Positions 29,381 through 39,311 are shown, counted from the stretch's first letter. The stretch: DNA of 64,000 bases from an uncultured Candidatus Binatia bacterium (GCA_965218425.1 OZ244621.1:4256001-4320000); one strand, 5' to 3'. Numbers and translations: made by a program. Notes: generated by a model from the sequence alone, not told the origin.

Positions 29381-30199
29381 ATGGTTTCGGACAAGGTGAA
29401 GCACAAGAAGGTAGACCGTAGGGAGTGCTGGAAAGTGGTGAACGAAGCGTTCGACGAAGCGCTTCAGATGGCTCGTGATCGTCTTTTCAGTCATCCATTT
29501 ACCCGGGAGTTACAGACCGGGACTCTGCCCATCGAGTGCATTCGCGGTTGGCTACTCAACAGCTACACTTGGGCGTTGGAGATTAACAGTTCGGCTGCCT
29601 ACAAATTCTATCTCTTCAGTGACCTGCTTAATCAAAAGGTGGATCTTTTGGCGATGCTGGCAGACAAGCGCGGGGATGAGTATGCAACTCCGGGACGCGG
29701 TGGTCACCAGCGGACCATGGATACCTTGGGCAGGGCCCTGGGCCTCGACCCCAAGGAAATGCAAGAGTATAAACAGCTTCCAGCCATGCGCGGAATGCTG
29801 GATTCCAACGTGTGGGGCAACGAAGTCAATCAGCGGCTGGGCATGAGCATCGCCGAAGAGTTGCTGGGACATTGGTGCGCCCTATGGTTTAAAAGCCTCG
29901 TAAAGCACTACGGACTAACTGAAGATGAGGCCTTCTATTTTCACCTCCACGCGGAGGCGGACAGCCTCGATGATCATGGTGCCGGGGATTCGGTTGGGCA
30001 CGAGGTGATGGGGCACGCGCAGAGCCACCGGTATTTGGCGGTGAGGATGTTGGAGGATAGAATAGTGGAAACTGCAGAGATGCGTCAATCGATACTCCGG
30101 CAGGGCAATCTGGAAGGTTATCTGAGCTTTCTCGATATGGTTTATTATACTTATCATCCAACCAAGAGGTTGAGCGATGTCGAACAGTTTAGACGTTAG
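29381..30199 (+). CDS. Heme-oxygenase-like (CADD/PqqC/TenA) putative diiron enzyme
   Basis: HPFTRELQTGTLP, DE...GGH, AEE and HYGL...FYFHLHAEAD..DH give a CADD-like E/H/E/HxxxD/H ligand set. Confidence 0.75.
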   Translation: MVSDKVKHKKVDRRECWKVVNEAFDEALQMARDRLFSHPFTRELQTGTLPIECIRGWLLNSYTWALEINSSAAYKFYLFSDLLNQKVDLLAMLADKRGDEYATPGRGGHQRTMDTLGRALGLDPKEMQEYKQLPAMRGMLDSNVWGNEVNQRLGMSIAEELLGHWCALWFKSLVKHYGLTEDEAFYFHLHAEADSLDDHGAGDSVGHEVMGHAQSHRYLAVRMLEDRIVETAEMRQSILRQGNLEGYLSFLDMVYYTYHPTKRLSDVEQFRR

Positions 30200-30959
30200 T
30201 CAACCACAGCGGCAAAGGCTTCCCACTGCGGAGGCCGAAGCAAAAGCTCAAGTGCTTCTGAAGCTCACTGACGATCTCGTAGGTGAGTACATCATGGACC
30301 ACCCCTTCACACACCGGCTAGCGGCAGGAGACCTCCCTTTGGAGGTGATTCAAGCGGCATGTCTGGATTGGTACACATTCCATCGGAAGCTGGCGGCCAG
30401 CTTCGCCCGGCTTTACCATCGATTTATTGTGATCTGCAGGACTTACACGGATATTGAAGAGGAGTTCCTGGAACGGATCTCCCATGAATTGACGCGGCCC
30501 ATAGCAGGGGGACGCACTTTGCTGTTGCGAGATTCTGTGAAAGCTCTGGGCATCCCTGAGGCTAGGCTGAACAACCCGCCCCAAGGGGCCGACCTTCGGG
30601 GACTCGTGGCCCTTTTTGGCCGCTTGCACTCAGAAGGGACCTTTGCTGAGGTTGTGGCTGGCCAGTTTGGCAGCGCATTTACACCCTATGCACGTCTTTG
30701 GCATAACCTTCTGAAGAATCGCCACGGGATCCCCGACCACGCCAATCAGTATTGGGAGATGAACTCGCACTTGGACCAGGACAAAACTGGCGGGGGCGTT
30801 TTGGGAACAAGGTTTGAGAATGCCTATCTATTGCGGCGCCTATTCGAGGAGGGTCTCACCGAGACTCGATATAACTGGAGTGTGGAGTATGCGGCGGAGA
30901 TGGCTATTAAAGTCTGGGCACTGTTATTGCGAGGTTATATCCGTCGCTTTAAGCTCTAG
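30177..30959 (+). CDS. Heme-oxygenase-like (TenA/PqqC-fold) paralog with degenerate metal site
   Basis: HPFTHRLAAGDLP, HELTRPIAGGR, YWEMNSHLD. Overlaps the upstream paralog by 23 nt. Confidence 0.7.
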   Translation: MSNSLDVSQPQRQRLPTAEAEAKAQVLLKLTDDLVGEYIMDHPFTHRLAAGDLPLEVIQAACLDWYTFHRKLAASFARLYHRFIVICRTYTDIEEEFLERISHELTRPIAGGRTLLLRDSVKALGIPEARLNNPPQGADLRGLVALFGRLHSEGTFAEVVAGQFGSAFTPYARLWHNLLKNRHGIPDHANQYWEMNSHLDQDKTGGGVLGTRFENAYLLRRLFEEGLTETRYNWSVEYAAEMAIKVWALLLRGYIRRFKL

Positions 30960-31066
30960 CGGATAAAACCTTGCGCATTCTACTTTGATAGTTCTGCCCG
31001 AAATTACGCAATCGAAACCAAGGACAACTCAAGATTGCAAACAAAAAAGTTCATAACAGATAAAGG

Positions 31067-32065
31067 GTGACCTCGATGGAACTATCCGACTTCAATCAGT
31101 GGTTAGCGGAAAAAAACCTGCAGGGTTTCTGGGCTAGGGAGCCGAGGGTTGGGGGCATGAAGCCCTATCTTTGGAAATGGGCTGATCTTAACCAGGCCCT
31201 GGAACTGGCCTCGGACCTTGTTCCTATGGATAAAACGGGAAGAAGAAACATTGGCTTGAGAAATCCTACTGTGACAGGTGGAGTAACGAACACAATCACG
31301 CTTGGGCTCCAAATCATCAAACCAGGCGAGTTTGCCCAGTGCCACCGCCACGTGGCCAGTGCAATCCGCTTTGTGGTTAAGGGCTCACCCAAAGCCTTCA
31401 CCGTTGTGGAGGGAGAACGGTTATACATGGAAGAGGGTGACTTGATCACCACGCCCAACTGGACCTGGCATGATCATTACAATGGCTCCGATGGATCAGT
31501 GATCTGGTTGGACGGGTTAGATGTCCGCCTTTTGGCCTACCTCAACGCACAGTTTAGCGAGTTGTTCTCTCAGGAACAGCAAGTCATTGAAAAGCCCGAT
31601 GGCTATTCCGCTAGGATGTTCGGATCTGCTCGGCCCAGTTGGCTAAAAAATCAACACCTGATTCCGCCATATCGCTACCCCTGGAAGGAGACTTATGCAA
31701 CTCTTTTAGCTCTGAAACAGAGCGACGGTGATCCATTTGATGGAGTCCGGCTAGAATATAAAAATCCCTTTGACGGTGGACCCACTACGCTCACCTTTTC
31801 TTGCGAGGTTCAGCTTCTCAGACCAAAGGAAAAAACTCGATCCCATCGGCATACAACTACCACTGTCTATTATGTCTTCAGTGGCAAGGGGGTAACCACC
31901 ATAGAGGGAGAGAATTTATCCTGGGCCAAGGGGGATATCCTGACCATACCCCCTTGGCAATGGCATGCTCACCAAAATCCGTCCAACGATGATGCCATCC
32001 TATTCTCCATCAACGATCGGCCTCCTGTGGAGGCAATCGGCCTCTATCGTGAGGAGAGTGGGTAG
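31067..32065 (+). CDS. Gentisate 1,2-dioxygenase / PhdI-like bicupin
   Basis: PYLWKW, CHRHVASAIRFV, TWHDHYN, WLDGLD, SHRHTTTTVYYV. Confidence 0.88.
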   Translation: MTSMELSDFNQWLAEKNLQGFWAREPRVGGMKPYLWKWADLNQALELASDLVPMDKTGRRNIGLRNPTVTGGVTNTITLGLQIIKPGEFAQCHRHVASAIRFVVKGSPKAFTVVEGERLYMEEGDLITTPNWTWHDHYNGSDGSVIWLDGLDVRLLAYLNAQFSELFSQEQQVIEKPDGYSARMFGSARPSWLKNQHLIPPYRYPWKETYATLLALKQSDGDPFDGVRLEYKNPFDGGPTTLTFSCEVQLLRPKEKTRSHRHTTTTVYYVFSGKGVTTIEGENLSWAKGDILTIPPWQWHAHQNPSNDDAILFSINDRPPVEAIGLYREESG

Positions 32066-32115
32066 GTTGCCGCAAAAGCCAAACTTCAGATAAGAAAACT
32101 TAGCGGACGACTCTG

Positions 32116-33075
32116 TTACGCAGTTATCCGCGTCTCATGTTTCGGACGATACTTCTCGCACAGATCCTTCCAGTAGGCGGCTTTCTTTTGCGAGTTTTCA
32201 ATGACCGCTTGAGGAATAACGGTGAATGGCGGCCGGAGTGGTCCCGGTTTGCAATATCCCGCGAAATTCATGGTAAGTTTGCTTCCGGGTTCGCGCCAGC
32301 TTTCACTGACTGGACCACCTCCACCACCCCTTAGCTCTCTGATTATTTGACTCGCTTTTTCATAATCGCCTGCTCCGACGGCGTCGCGCAGGGCAAGCAC
32401 CGGCCAAGGGCCTAACCATGAGTCAATGGACCAGCAACCTGAAGCTCCCAGGAGCGCGTAGGGGTAATACTGCCATTGGCTACAAAAAATCGCTATTTTA
32501 CCTTTCACTGTTGAGACGAATTCAATGAATGCAGGTGTGGGCCGGTGACTGTCCTTAATGCCAACAATGTTAGACTTCTCTGTGATTTTTTTGAAGGCTG
32601 GTACGGGAAGACTTACCCGATGGAGCGGAGGATTATGATAGATCATGATCCCTAGCTTTGGGAAAAGATCCGCAATATCGTGGTAGAATCGAATAGCGTT
32701 GTCTACGGTGGACGGAATGTAATAGGGCACCCCTGCGAGGACCCCGTCCGCACCGGCTTCTTCAACCACCTTCATTTTGTTCACCACCTCGCGGGTGTGA
32801 GGGCTGGTTACGCCGATGAACACTGGAACCCGTTTTTTAGCCGCCTCAGTAGTCGCTCGGGTCAGAGTCACAAATTCATTCCAGAGAAGATTGTAGCATT
32901 CTCCGAAGCTGCCGGTGGTCGCAATCACATCGATTCCATCGTTGATAATCCGGTCGACAGCGTCTTGGAGATGATTTACATCAACGGTTTCTGTGGCCTG
33001 TACTGAGCCCCCATTTTCAGTTGTAAATGAGGGCATCATCGCACAAACGCCTTTAAGGTCTTGAGATCGTATCAT
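32116..33075 (-). CDS. DHDPS/NAL-family hydratase-aldolase (NahE/PhdJ-like)
   Basis: DLKGVCAMMP...TVD, TTGSFGEC, IMIYHNP, GIKDS (Schiff-base Lys), GPLRPPF. Confidence 0.82.
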   Translation of the reverse strand: MIRSQDLKGVCAMMPSFTTENGGSVQATETVDVNHLQDAVDRIINDGIDVIATTGSFGECYNLLWNEFVTLTRATTEAAKKRVPVFIGVTSPHTREVVNKMKVVEEAGADGVLAGVPYYIPSTVDNAIRFYHDIADLFPKLGIMIYHNPPLHRVSLPVPAFKKITEKSNIVGIKDSHRPTPAFIEFVSTVKGKIAIFCSQWQYYPYALLGASGCWSIDSWLGPWPVLALRDAVGAGDYEKASQIIRELRGGGGGPVSESWREPGSKLTMNFAGYCKPGPLRPPFTVIPQAVIENSQKKAAYWKDLCEKYRPKHETRITA

Positions 33076-33245
33076 AATAAGTCTCCTTTCATCGCCTACT
33101 TTATTGACCGTAATGATTTTCGACCAAGGTGTTTATAGCGCTCATAACGCCGCCTCTCTTTAGAAGCTTGATCGATAATGGAATCATACGCTGGCAAAAT
33201 TTCTACCCGCAACTCGTAACGTCTTGGCCGTTACCTATGCCTCAG

Positions 33246-34217
33246 CTACTGAAACTTGGCTGGGACATGCGAAGCGAAAAACTCGTCGATTGTCAGGTGA
33301 CGCTTTGTTAGGCCTTGTGCGTGCGCATCGTCCAGGAACGCGTCGAGCGCTCTCCGGTTAGGCGTGATCCCGTACGGGAGCGGATCCGGCCCAAATAGCC
33401 TTTCCGTCTCCTCTAGACTGAGCCCAACAATCGGTTCCCTTGGGAACTCGGATGATTCCGCTGGTCCCCTCTGGACTTGCTTCCGGCTCAACTCCTTCGC
33501 AGTCTGGAACGAATCGCAGAGGTTTCCGACCAACCAAGGCTCTCGGCGTGCCAGATCCTCCTTGATGGCAACAATATGATGAGCGGGATACACACCTGTG
33601 CGCTTATAGTAATCGACCTGGGCGGCTACCGGATCCGAGAACAGGGCCACACTCCCTTCGGGACCGAGGCCTCCGGGGACCGTAATGGCGTCGACATCGC
33701 CCGCCAGGAAGAGTTCGCGAGGGTTATTGACTCCCCGCGGGGAACGCTTTGCGTTCGGCGGAAGTTCCAGGGTATCAAGTCGCTCCGGCTGACACGTAAT
33801 CCAGTTGATGTCGTGCAGGGAGATTCCGTACTCCTGGCGCATGACCAACCGATTCCAGATTGAGGCCGACATCCAGAACTGGCGCACCCCGACCCGTTTA
33901 CCGCGCAGATCAGAAGGCTGCTTGATACCCGCGGTTGGCGAGACAAACACACCCCGATGAGGGAACATCCGAACGAACAAGATCGGCAACGCTGCCAGCG
34001 GGATCCCTTGATCCCGGGCCTTAGTGAAACTGCCAATTGACATTTCTCCGACGTCGTACTTGAGCGCGAGCATCGCCTCAGTAATGGTATCCGTGTCCTT
34101 CTCTCGCCTCGCGTGGGCGACGGCTCCCGCGATCGGCACTTCACCGCTCAGCAACTCTGGGGTGCCCGGTGAGCTTTGGCGACCCAGTAAAGACATAGTG
34201 AACTCAAAGTCTGCCAT
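33246..34217 (-). CDS. 4,5-dihydroxyphthalate decarboxylase (OphC/Pht5)-like protein
   Basis: YDVGEMS, LPILFVRMFPH, DLRGKRVGV, YYKRTGVYPAHHIV, DPLPYGITPNRRAL. No signal peptide. Confidence 0.8.
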   Translation of the reverse strand: MADFEFTMSLLGRQSSPGTPELLSGEVPIAGAVAHARREKDTDTITEAMLALKYDVGEMSIGSFTKARDQGIPLAALPILFVRMFPHRGVFVSPTAGIKQPSDLRGKRVGVRQFWMSASIWNRLVMRQEYGISLHDINWITCQPERLDTLELPPNAKRSPRGVNNPRELFLAGDVDAITVPGGLGPEGSVALFSDPVAAQVDYYKRTGVYPAHHIVAIKEDLARREPWLVGNLCDSFQTAKELSRKQVQRGPAESSEFPREPIVGLSLEETERLFGPDPLPYGITPNRRALDAFLDDAHAQGLTKRHLTIDEFFASHVPAKFQ

Positions 34218-34282
34218 GTTCTCTCCCTCCTCCGAACGGTAAGGATTTCTATATTTGCGTTAGTTGTTGATATCGCATTACC

Positions 34283-34460
34283 CTGGTTCAACCGTTGCGG
34301 ATCAATTATCCCGAAGCGTCCTACCATGTTATCTGTCGGGGCAACGAACGGCGCGATACTTCTCGGAATGACCGAGATCGCACGGTATTTTTAAAAACCC
34401 TTCAGATCTCGCTAAAGTTCCGGTCGGTAAGGTTGCACTGCTACGTTTTGATGAACAGCC
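34283..34460 (+). pseudogene. Fragment of REP-associated tyrosine (Y1/HUH) transposase
   Basis: QPLRINYPEASYHVICRGNERR...DRDRTVFL...LHCYVLMN, truncated just before the HUH motif. Confidence 0.8.
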
Positions 34461-34487
34461 GCCTGTCGCGCCCTAATGATCTTAGGC

Positions 34488-35294
34488 TTACGTAGGCCTC
34501 AACATTGAGCGAGTAAGCCTCCCCGCTTTTACATCGTCACTGAACTTCTGAACAGCCTCAAAAAGCGAAACCGCAACTGGACCGTAGGTGGCCCGTGGGT
34601 GATCCAACTCCCCCAGATTAAATCCGACCGTGTTTGGTGTGACGCCTAAACGACCATCGCCATCTCCCGCACCGGCAACCATCGTCAATACACTGAGCTC
34701 TTGGGCCATCTTTCCAACGGTCTCCGGCGGCACTCGAGTAAGAAGCAACGAGAATGCCCCTGCGGCTATTAGAGCACGCGCATCACGCCATACTTTGTCT
34801 TCCTCAATGTAGGCGTCTTTAGCGTCCGCGGGTCGATCCCTCCTACCGGTTCCTATGGTGGCCTGTGGTGTCAATCCTATATGCCCCATGACTGGGATGC
34901 CCGCTTTAACTATGGCCTCTACCGTAGAAGCGTGATCGGCCCCCACTTCTAACTTCGCAGCCTGAGCTCCACCCTCCTGAATCAATCGAGCGCTGTTGAA
35001 AATCGCCTTTTCCTTGCTTATTTGATATGTCATAAAGGGCATGTCACCTATCACAAAAGCTCGCTTCGCCGCACGACTTACTGCCCGAGTCATCAGCACC
35101 ATTTCATCCATGGTCACCCAATTATTGTTTTCGTGTCCCAGGAGATAACGTCCGCCACTGTCTCCTATAAGAATAATTTCCACACCCGCCCGGTCGATAA
35201 TGCCAGCCGTTGTATAATCATAGGCCGTCATCGCCACAACTTTTTTCTTGTCCCGCTTCATATCCAGCAATTCCGATATAGTGAGTCTTGCCAT
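34488..35294 (-). CDS. PanB (ketopantoate hydroxymethyltransferase)-like protein, catalytic Glu replaced
   Basis: MTAYDY, LIGDS, GDMPFMTY, AKLE, GHIGLTPQ; LLTRVP in place of VLECVP. Confidence 0.85.
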   Translation of the reverse strand: MARLTISELLDMKRDKKKVVAMTAYDYTTAGIIDRAGVEIILIGDSGGRYLLGHENNNWVTMDEMVLMTRAVSRAAKRAFVIGDMPFMTYQISKEKAIFNSARLIQEGGAQAAKLEVGADHASTVEAIVKAGIPVMGHIGLTPQATIGTGRRDRPADAKDAYIEEDKVWRDARALIAAGAFSLLLTRVPPETVGKMAQELSVLTMVAGAGDGDGRLGVTPNTVGFNLGELDHPRATYGPVAVSLFEAVQKFSDDVKAGRLTRSMLRPT

Positions 35295-35306
35295 ATAGTC
35301 TCCCTA

Positions 35307-36314
35307 TCAATCGCTATTTGAATCCCCCACCAGGTTTTTTGGAAATAGGCTCTCCACGAACAGGTGGTTGCGGATAAGGCCCTCTTGAAGAGCGCCTTCT
35401 ATAAAGTCTTCCAGGGTGTGCTGGTTCGCCTTTATACCGTACGGCCATGGATCGTCTCCTACGAGGTCGTAGAGGTCTTTGACAGTGCCCTTTTTGAGCG
35501 GCCAATGCCCGGTGGGAAGGAGAAATTCAACCGCTTTAGCTTGGCCCACCTTTTCTTTTGCCTGCCGGAACATCTCATAGAGACTCTCGGCGATCCAAGG
35601 GTGGTCAGAGAGCAAGGTCTCGCGCATTACAACCACATTCGTTAATGGCAGAACTCCTGTTTTCCTGTAATAGGTCCTCTGCGCCTCTAAAACGTCAGGA
35701 TAGGCATCCCGCCGGACGCTCTCAACAGCCTCTTCCGGTAGTTCCCGCTCGGGTCGGCCTCCTGGACCTAGGCCGATGACTGCATCGACAGCTCCTTCCA
35801 CCAGAAGTCGTGGCGTGTCTCGTCCGAGTTCGTCGGTCTTCACTTGCACCCCCGACGGGTATGTTTGACTCGAAAGGCGTTCCGGCCTGGAGGTAATCCA
35901 GACAATGTCGTGCGGTGCAATACCGTGCATCTGCCACAAGAGACGCCGCCCCCAGAGCGATGATGTGGTCCAGTACAGATGCAGGCCGATCCGCTTACCC
36001 TTCAACTCGTTGAGGTCGCGCGCCTCGGTGTTCTTGTACAAGTGAATATGGGGCTGTATGAAGCGTCTCGTCGTAAAGACAGGCAAAGCGAGCACGGGAT
36101 ACCCTTGGTCACGGGCGGCAATGAATGTCGCAAGGGATGTCTCTCCAACGTCGAGACTGCCCTCAAGTACGCTCTCAAGGGCACCATCGTGACCTTTGTG
36201 CTTGTGCAGCTCGAGATCGATTCCACTCGGAGTTACATTTCCCTGAAGAATTGGCCAGTGATAAGGCGTGTTGGCGCTTATGGATAAGGTGATTTTGGTC
36301 AGTGCCATGGTCAT
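35307..36314 (-). CDS. 4,5-dihydroxyphthalate decarboxylase-like protein
   Basis: LDVGETSLA, LPVFTTRRF, ELKGKRIGL, YYRKTGVLP, DPWPYGIKANQHTLE. Confidence 0.8.
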   Translation of the reverse strand: MTMALTKITLSISANTPYHWPILQGNVTPSGIDLELHKHKGHDGALESVLEGSLDVGETSLATFIAARDQGYPVLALPVFTTRRFIQPHIHLYKNTEARDLNELKGKRIGLHLYWTTSSLWGRRLLWQMHGIAPHDIVWITSRPERLSSQTYPSGVQVKTDELGRDTPRLLVEGAVDAVIGLGPGGRPERELPEEAVESVRRDAYPDVLEAQRTYYRKTGVLPLTNVVVMRETLLSDHPWIAESLYEMFRQAKEKVGQAKAVEFLLPTGHWPLKKGTVKDLYDLVGDDPWPYGIKANQHTLEDFIEGALQEGLIRNHLFVESLFPKNLVGDSNSD

Positions 36315-36484
36315 CAATCTCTTATTCAGAATTTTTGACCTGTAAACGGCGCACACCACTTTTGCGGCCAGTGGTAAGATAAAAGATAACAGGACCGGTT
36401 TGAAGAGCCGTTCGGTAGTTTAATAATTGATGCATTCTTACCTTAGAGATGCTGAAGGTGTATGGCAAACGCATCGCGTATTGG

Positions 36485-37657
36485 TTACCGCCAGCCTCCT
36501 GGCCTGGAGAGGATTTCCGGGGGAATTGGGTCGGTACGGTAAACCACGGAGGGCATCGTACACTCCACGCCCTCCTTTGCGTTGGCCTCAATAAAATATC
36601 GCCGAACCTCTGGATCCTCGTCTTCATACTCAATGAGCCGGCCACCCTCACGAACAGTCGTAACGACACCGCCATCGTCACGATCACGCGCCACTGCCAG
36701 CGGATTAGAACCTCCGTAGCATGCCACGTGGCGCGCGGGTGTCTCTCCCGTGCTCATGTGCTGATGGAACCAGCCGTCCGGAGGTGCGTAAATACTGTTC
36801 GGTCCCCATTGGACCTGGACAACTTCGTCACCGTGCCCATCTCGCCATGGGTACAACCCTAGCTCCTTGGGCCATAGGTTGACGTAGCCATTTCCCTTGA
36901 GGCCCACGAGTACAGCGCCGGGGCCATGGTAATGGGCCTTGTGGTATCTGCCGACGGGCCACTCGGAGATATGGCCGCTGGGAAACCCTCCTGCCATCCG
37001 GTAGAGCGTATGATGGCCGCCCGCCACCTTTTGTTCGTAGTCGTCTAAGAACTCCCTCTTCACGTCACTGATGAAGTTCGTGTACCACATTGCAGTGTTA
37101 TATCGCCCTCGTCGAACACGGTTCTGGGTTTGGTTGAAGTAATCGTCCTGGCCGCCATAATCTTCCGTAAAGTCATGCTTGCAGTTGAAGACAAATCCGA
37201 TCTCGTTTAATCCGTTCATTACCTTCGGTGCTGTGGTTATGGCAAAAAAAATCACCGGCTCTTGTCCGCCGTTGTAAAGCCGGTAGTACGTATTCTTGGG
37301 TGGAGCAAAGAGGCTTCCAGGTTCCCACTCGAATGTCTTCTTGGACCCCTTCTCCTGCCAAACCTCGGCTGCTCCTCGACCTTGCAAAATCAGTGTAAAT
37401 TGCTCGTATAGGTGGTGTTGGACCTCGAGCGCTTTGCCGCTGGGAATCTCGCACACGAACATACCGCGCTCGGATTGAAATGTCCCCTTGAGTTCGATGA
37501 AAGTCCCCAGACCGCCAGTGCGAGCCCAGGGCCGACGGGGCAGTGCCGTTATGTCCGCTACGCCTGTCACGTCATAATGGATGGGGATACCTTCGCCTTG
37601 AATGAACTCTTGGTATTTGAACTCTTTTTGGATATTACTATTCTTCTGCTCCTGCAT
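36485..37657 (-). CDS. Bicupin protein
   Basis: PWARTGGLG, YHKAHYHGPG, WFHQH, IEYEDEDP; paralog of 5826 and 53201. Confidence 0.85.
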   Translation of the reverse strand: MQEQKNSNIQKEFKYQEFIQGEGIPIHYDVTGVADITALPRRPWARTGGLGTFIELKGTFQSERGMFVCEIPSGKALEVQHHLYEQFTLILQGRGAAEVWQEKGSKKTFEWEPGSLFAPPKNTYYRLYNGGQEPVIFFAITTAPKVMNGLNEIGFVFNCKHDFTEDYGGQDDYFNQTQNRVRRGRYNTAMWYTNFISDVKREFLDDYEQKVAGGHHTLYRMAGGFPSGHISEWPVGRYHKAHYHGPGAVLVGLKGNGYVNLWPKELGLYPWRDGHGDEVVQVQWGPNSIYAPPDGWFHQHMSTGETPARHVACYGGSNPLAVARDRDDGGVVTTVREGGRLIEYEDEDPEVRRYFIEANAKEGVECTMPSVVYRTDPIPPEILSRPGGWR

Positions 37658-37813
37658 AACTAGCTCCTCTTGCTAGCGGATTTCAAGACTTTGGGTGCCA
37701 GTTCGTCAGCCTCCTTGCAATAGCATCGATTTTAATCCGACCTCAACGTTCCGCCATCAACCAAGTTGCCCAACGACTCTATCCAGCGCTGGAAGGCTTG
37801 GATGGGACGGTAT

Positions 37814-37849
37814 CAACTGCCACAAATCTGGGATTTTTACCTTTGCCAC
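37814..37849 (-). pseudogene. N-terminal relic of a PanB-like gene
   Basis: GGAG RBS, then GTG-AKVKIPDLWQL versus MDKVKIPDLWRM of 40523..41311; the DNA is also similar. Confidence 0.55.
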
Positions 37850-38081
37850 TTTTCTTAGATCTCCGTATATTCTACAATCCCTAATCACAAATTTGTTGGT
37901 CACCACTTTATTCCATATCGGCATCTCCATGATCAGTTCTAATAGGGCTCACTTGCTGTAACGGCAATCCCGATGGGATGTCTTCCTACAACGGCATACT
38001 CGCTTAACCTGTGCGGCACGGCCGCTGAGACTTATGACAACGGAGTTACAAAGATCGTCACCAAAAGCACTAGCCAAACTT

Positions 38082-39263
38082 TTACTGGTTCCTTTTTGCC
38101 TTCCTGGTCTCCTCGCGAATAATCTTTAAAACAGGTCGCAAATTGTTCAGTTCAGGGGTCTCCACCTCCATGTAATTCACCTCCTTCCTGAGCCGATAGT
38201 GGGGTAAGACCATGTCCTTCGGGATGTCGACCCGTCGTGAATTTACCTGTGATGTCCTCTGGGAGGTAAGCTGACCCTCACGGGTTAAAATCCAGTTGAT
38301 GAAAACCTTGGCTGCATTGGGATGCGGGGCTTTATTCACAAGAGCCATAGCGCCAGCGTGCGAAGTAATCGCGGCCCCTTCTTTCAAGATATGACTCAAA
38401 GGCGCCACCGGTAATCCCTGCTCTTGAGCTGGCAGTATCCTTCGCGACGAGCAGAAAAAGCAGAAGGCATACTTTCCACCGGCAAGCCAGTCCACCCCCT
38501 GACGTATATTGCTGTAAAGCTTAAGATCCATCTCCCCGTATAGACGCCTCAGGTATTTAGGACCTAAGGCCGGGTTGTGATAGAAAAAAATCAAGTTCAG
38601 ACTTCCAGTTCCTGGTGTTCTTATATCTCTGGCCTCAATTTTTCCCTTCCACTTGGGCTGGAGAAAGTCCCAAAAAGATTTGATTTCCTTTATATTCACA
38701 AGGTTGGTGTTGTACCCAATACTCCCTATCTGGGGATTACCTGTGTATATGAAAACATATTCTTGTTCACGATCATTATACTTGTGCTTTCCCCCCAACC
38801 ATTTTGACTCGTCCAGGACCTCAGGCAAAACCAGTACAGGTTTAATTGGGTCCAGGGCTTTGGCTCTGTGCAACCTAAGGGGAGAGGTAGCACCTGCTAT
38901 GTAAAGATCCGCAAGGTATCTACCTGCCCTCCGCTCTGCCATGAGGCGTTGGAAAGCCAGTCCAAACCCTGTCGATCCTGTGACCACTTTAATCCCGGGA
39001 TAAGCCTTCTGAAATACCCTTGCCTCCGCAATCAATCTTGGGGGAGTGGTGCTGTAGAGATTAACCCGCCCTTCCTTTTTGGCCGCTGCCACTGTCTTTT
39101 TCCATTCTGCTTGCCAACCGGGTTTGGCCTCAGCAGCGAAAGATGAGCCCAGCCTTAAGAGCCCCAGCATCATAATCAATGCCATGCTCAATGTTCGAGG
39201 CCAATTCGCCTTCTGATCCGTAGACATCCGAATCTCAAAATTAAATAAGGATATTTTTTTCAT
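38082..39263 (-). CDS. ABC transporter substrate-binding protein
   Basis: Signal peptide, AAKKEGRVNLY, APHPNAAKVFINWILTREGQ; close to 26588. Confidence 0.9.
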   Translation of the reverse strand: MKKISLFNFEIRMSTDQKANWPRTLSMALIMMLGLLRLGSSFAAEAKPGWQAEWKKTVAAAKKEGRVNLYSTTPPRLIAEARVFQKAYPGIKVVTGSTGFGLAFQRLMAERRAGRYLADLYIAGATSPLRLHRAKALDPIKPVLVLPEVLDESKWLGGKHKYNDREQEYVFIYTGNPQIGSIGYNTNLVNIKEIKSFWDFLQPKWKGKIEARDIRTPGTGSLNLIFFYHNPALGPKYLRRLYGEMDLKLYSNIRQGVDWLAGGKYAFCFFCSSRRILPAQEQGLPVAPLSHILKEGAAITSHAGAMALVNKAPHPNAAKVFINWILTREGQLTSQRTSQVNSRRVDIPKDMVLPHYRLRKEVNYMEVETPELNNLRPVLKIIREETRKAKRNQ

Positions 39264-39311
39264 CGTTACCTCTCTTTTATGGTCAAAGATTCTGGGGATT
39301 TCATCACCTCA

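Noticed and set aside
29381..30959. PQQ or thiamine-salvage operon (pqqC/tenA)
   Set aside because: No other pqq or thi genes and no PqqA-like peptide seen nearby.
34488..35294. Calling the PanB-like genes panB / pantothenate biosynthesis
   Set aside because: Three divergent copies, catalytic Glu absent, no panC or panD, and a catabolic context.
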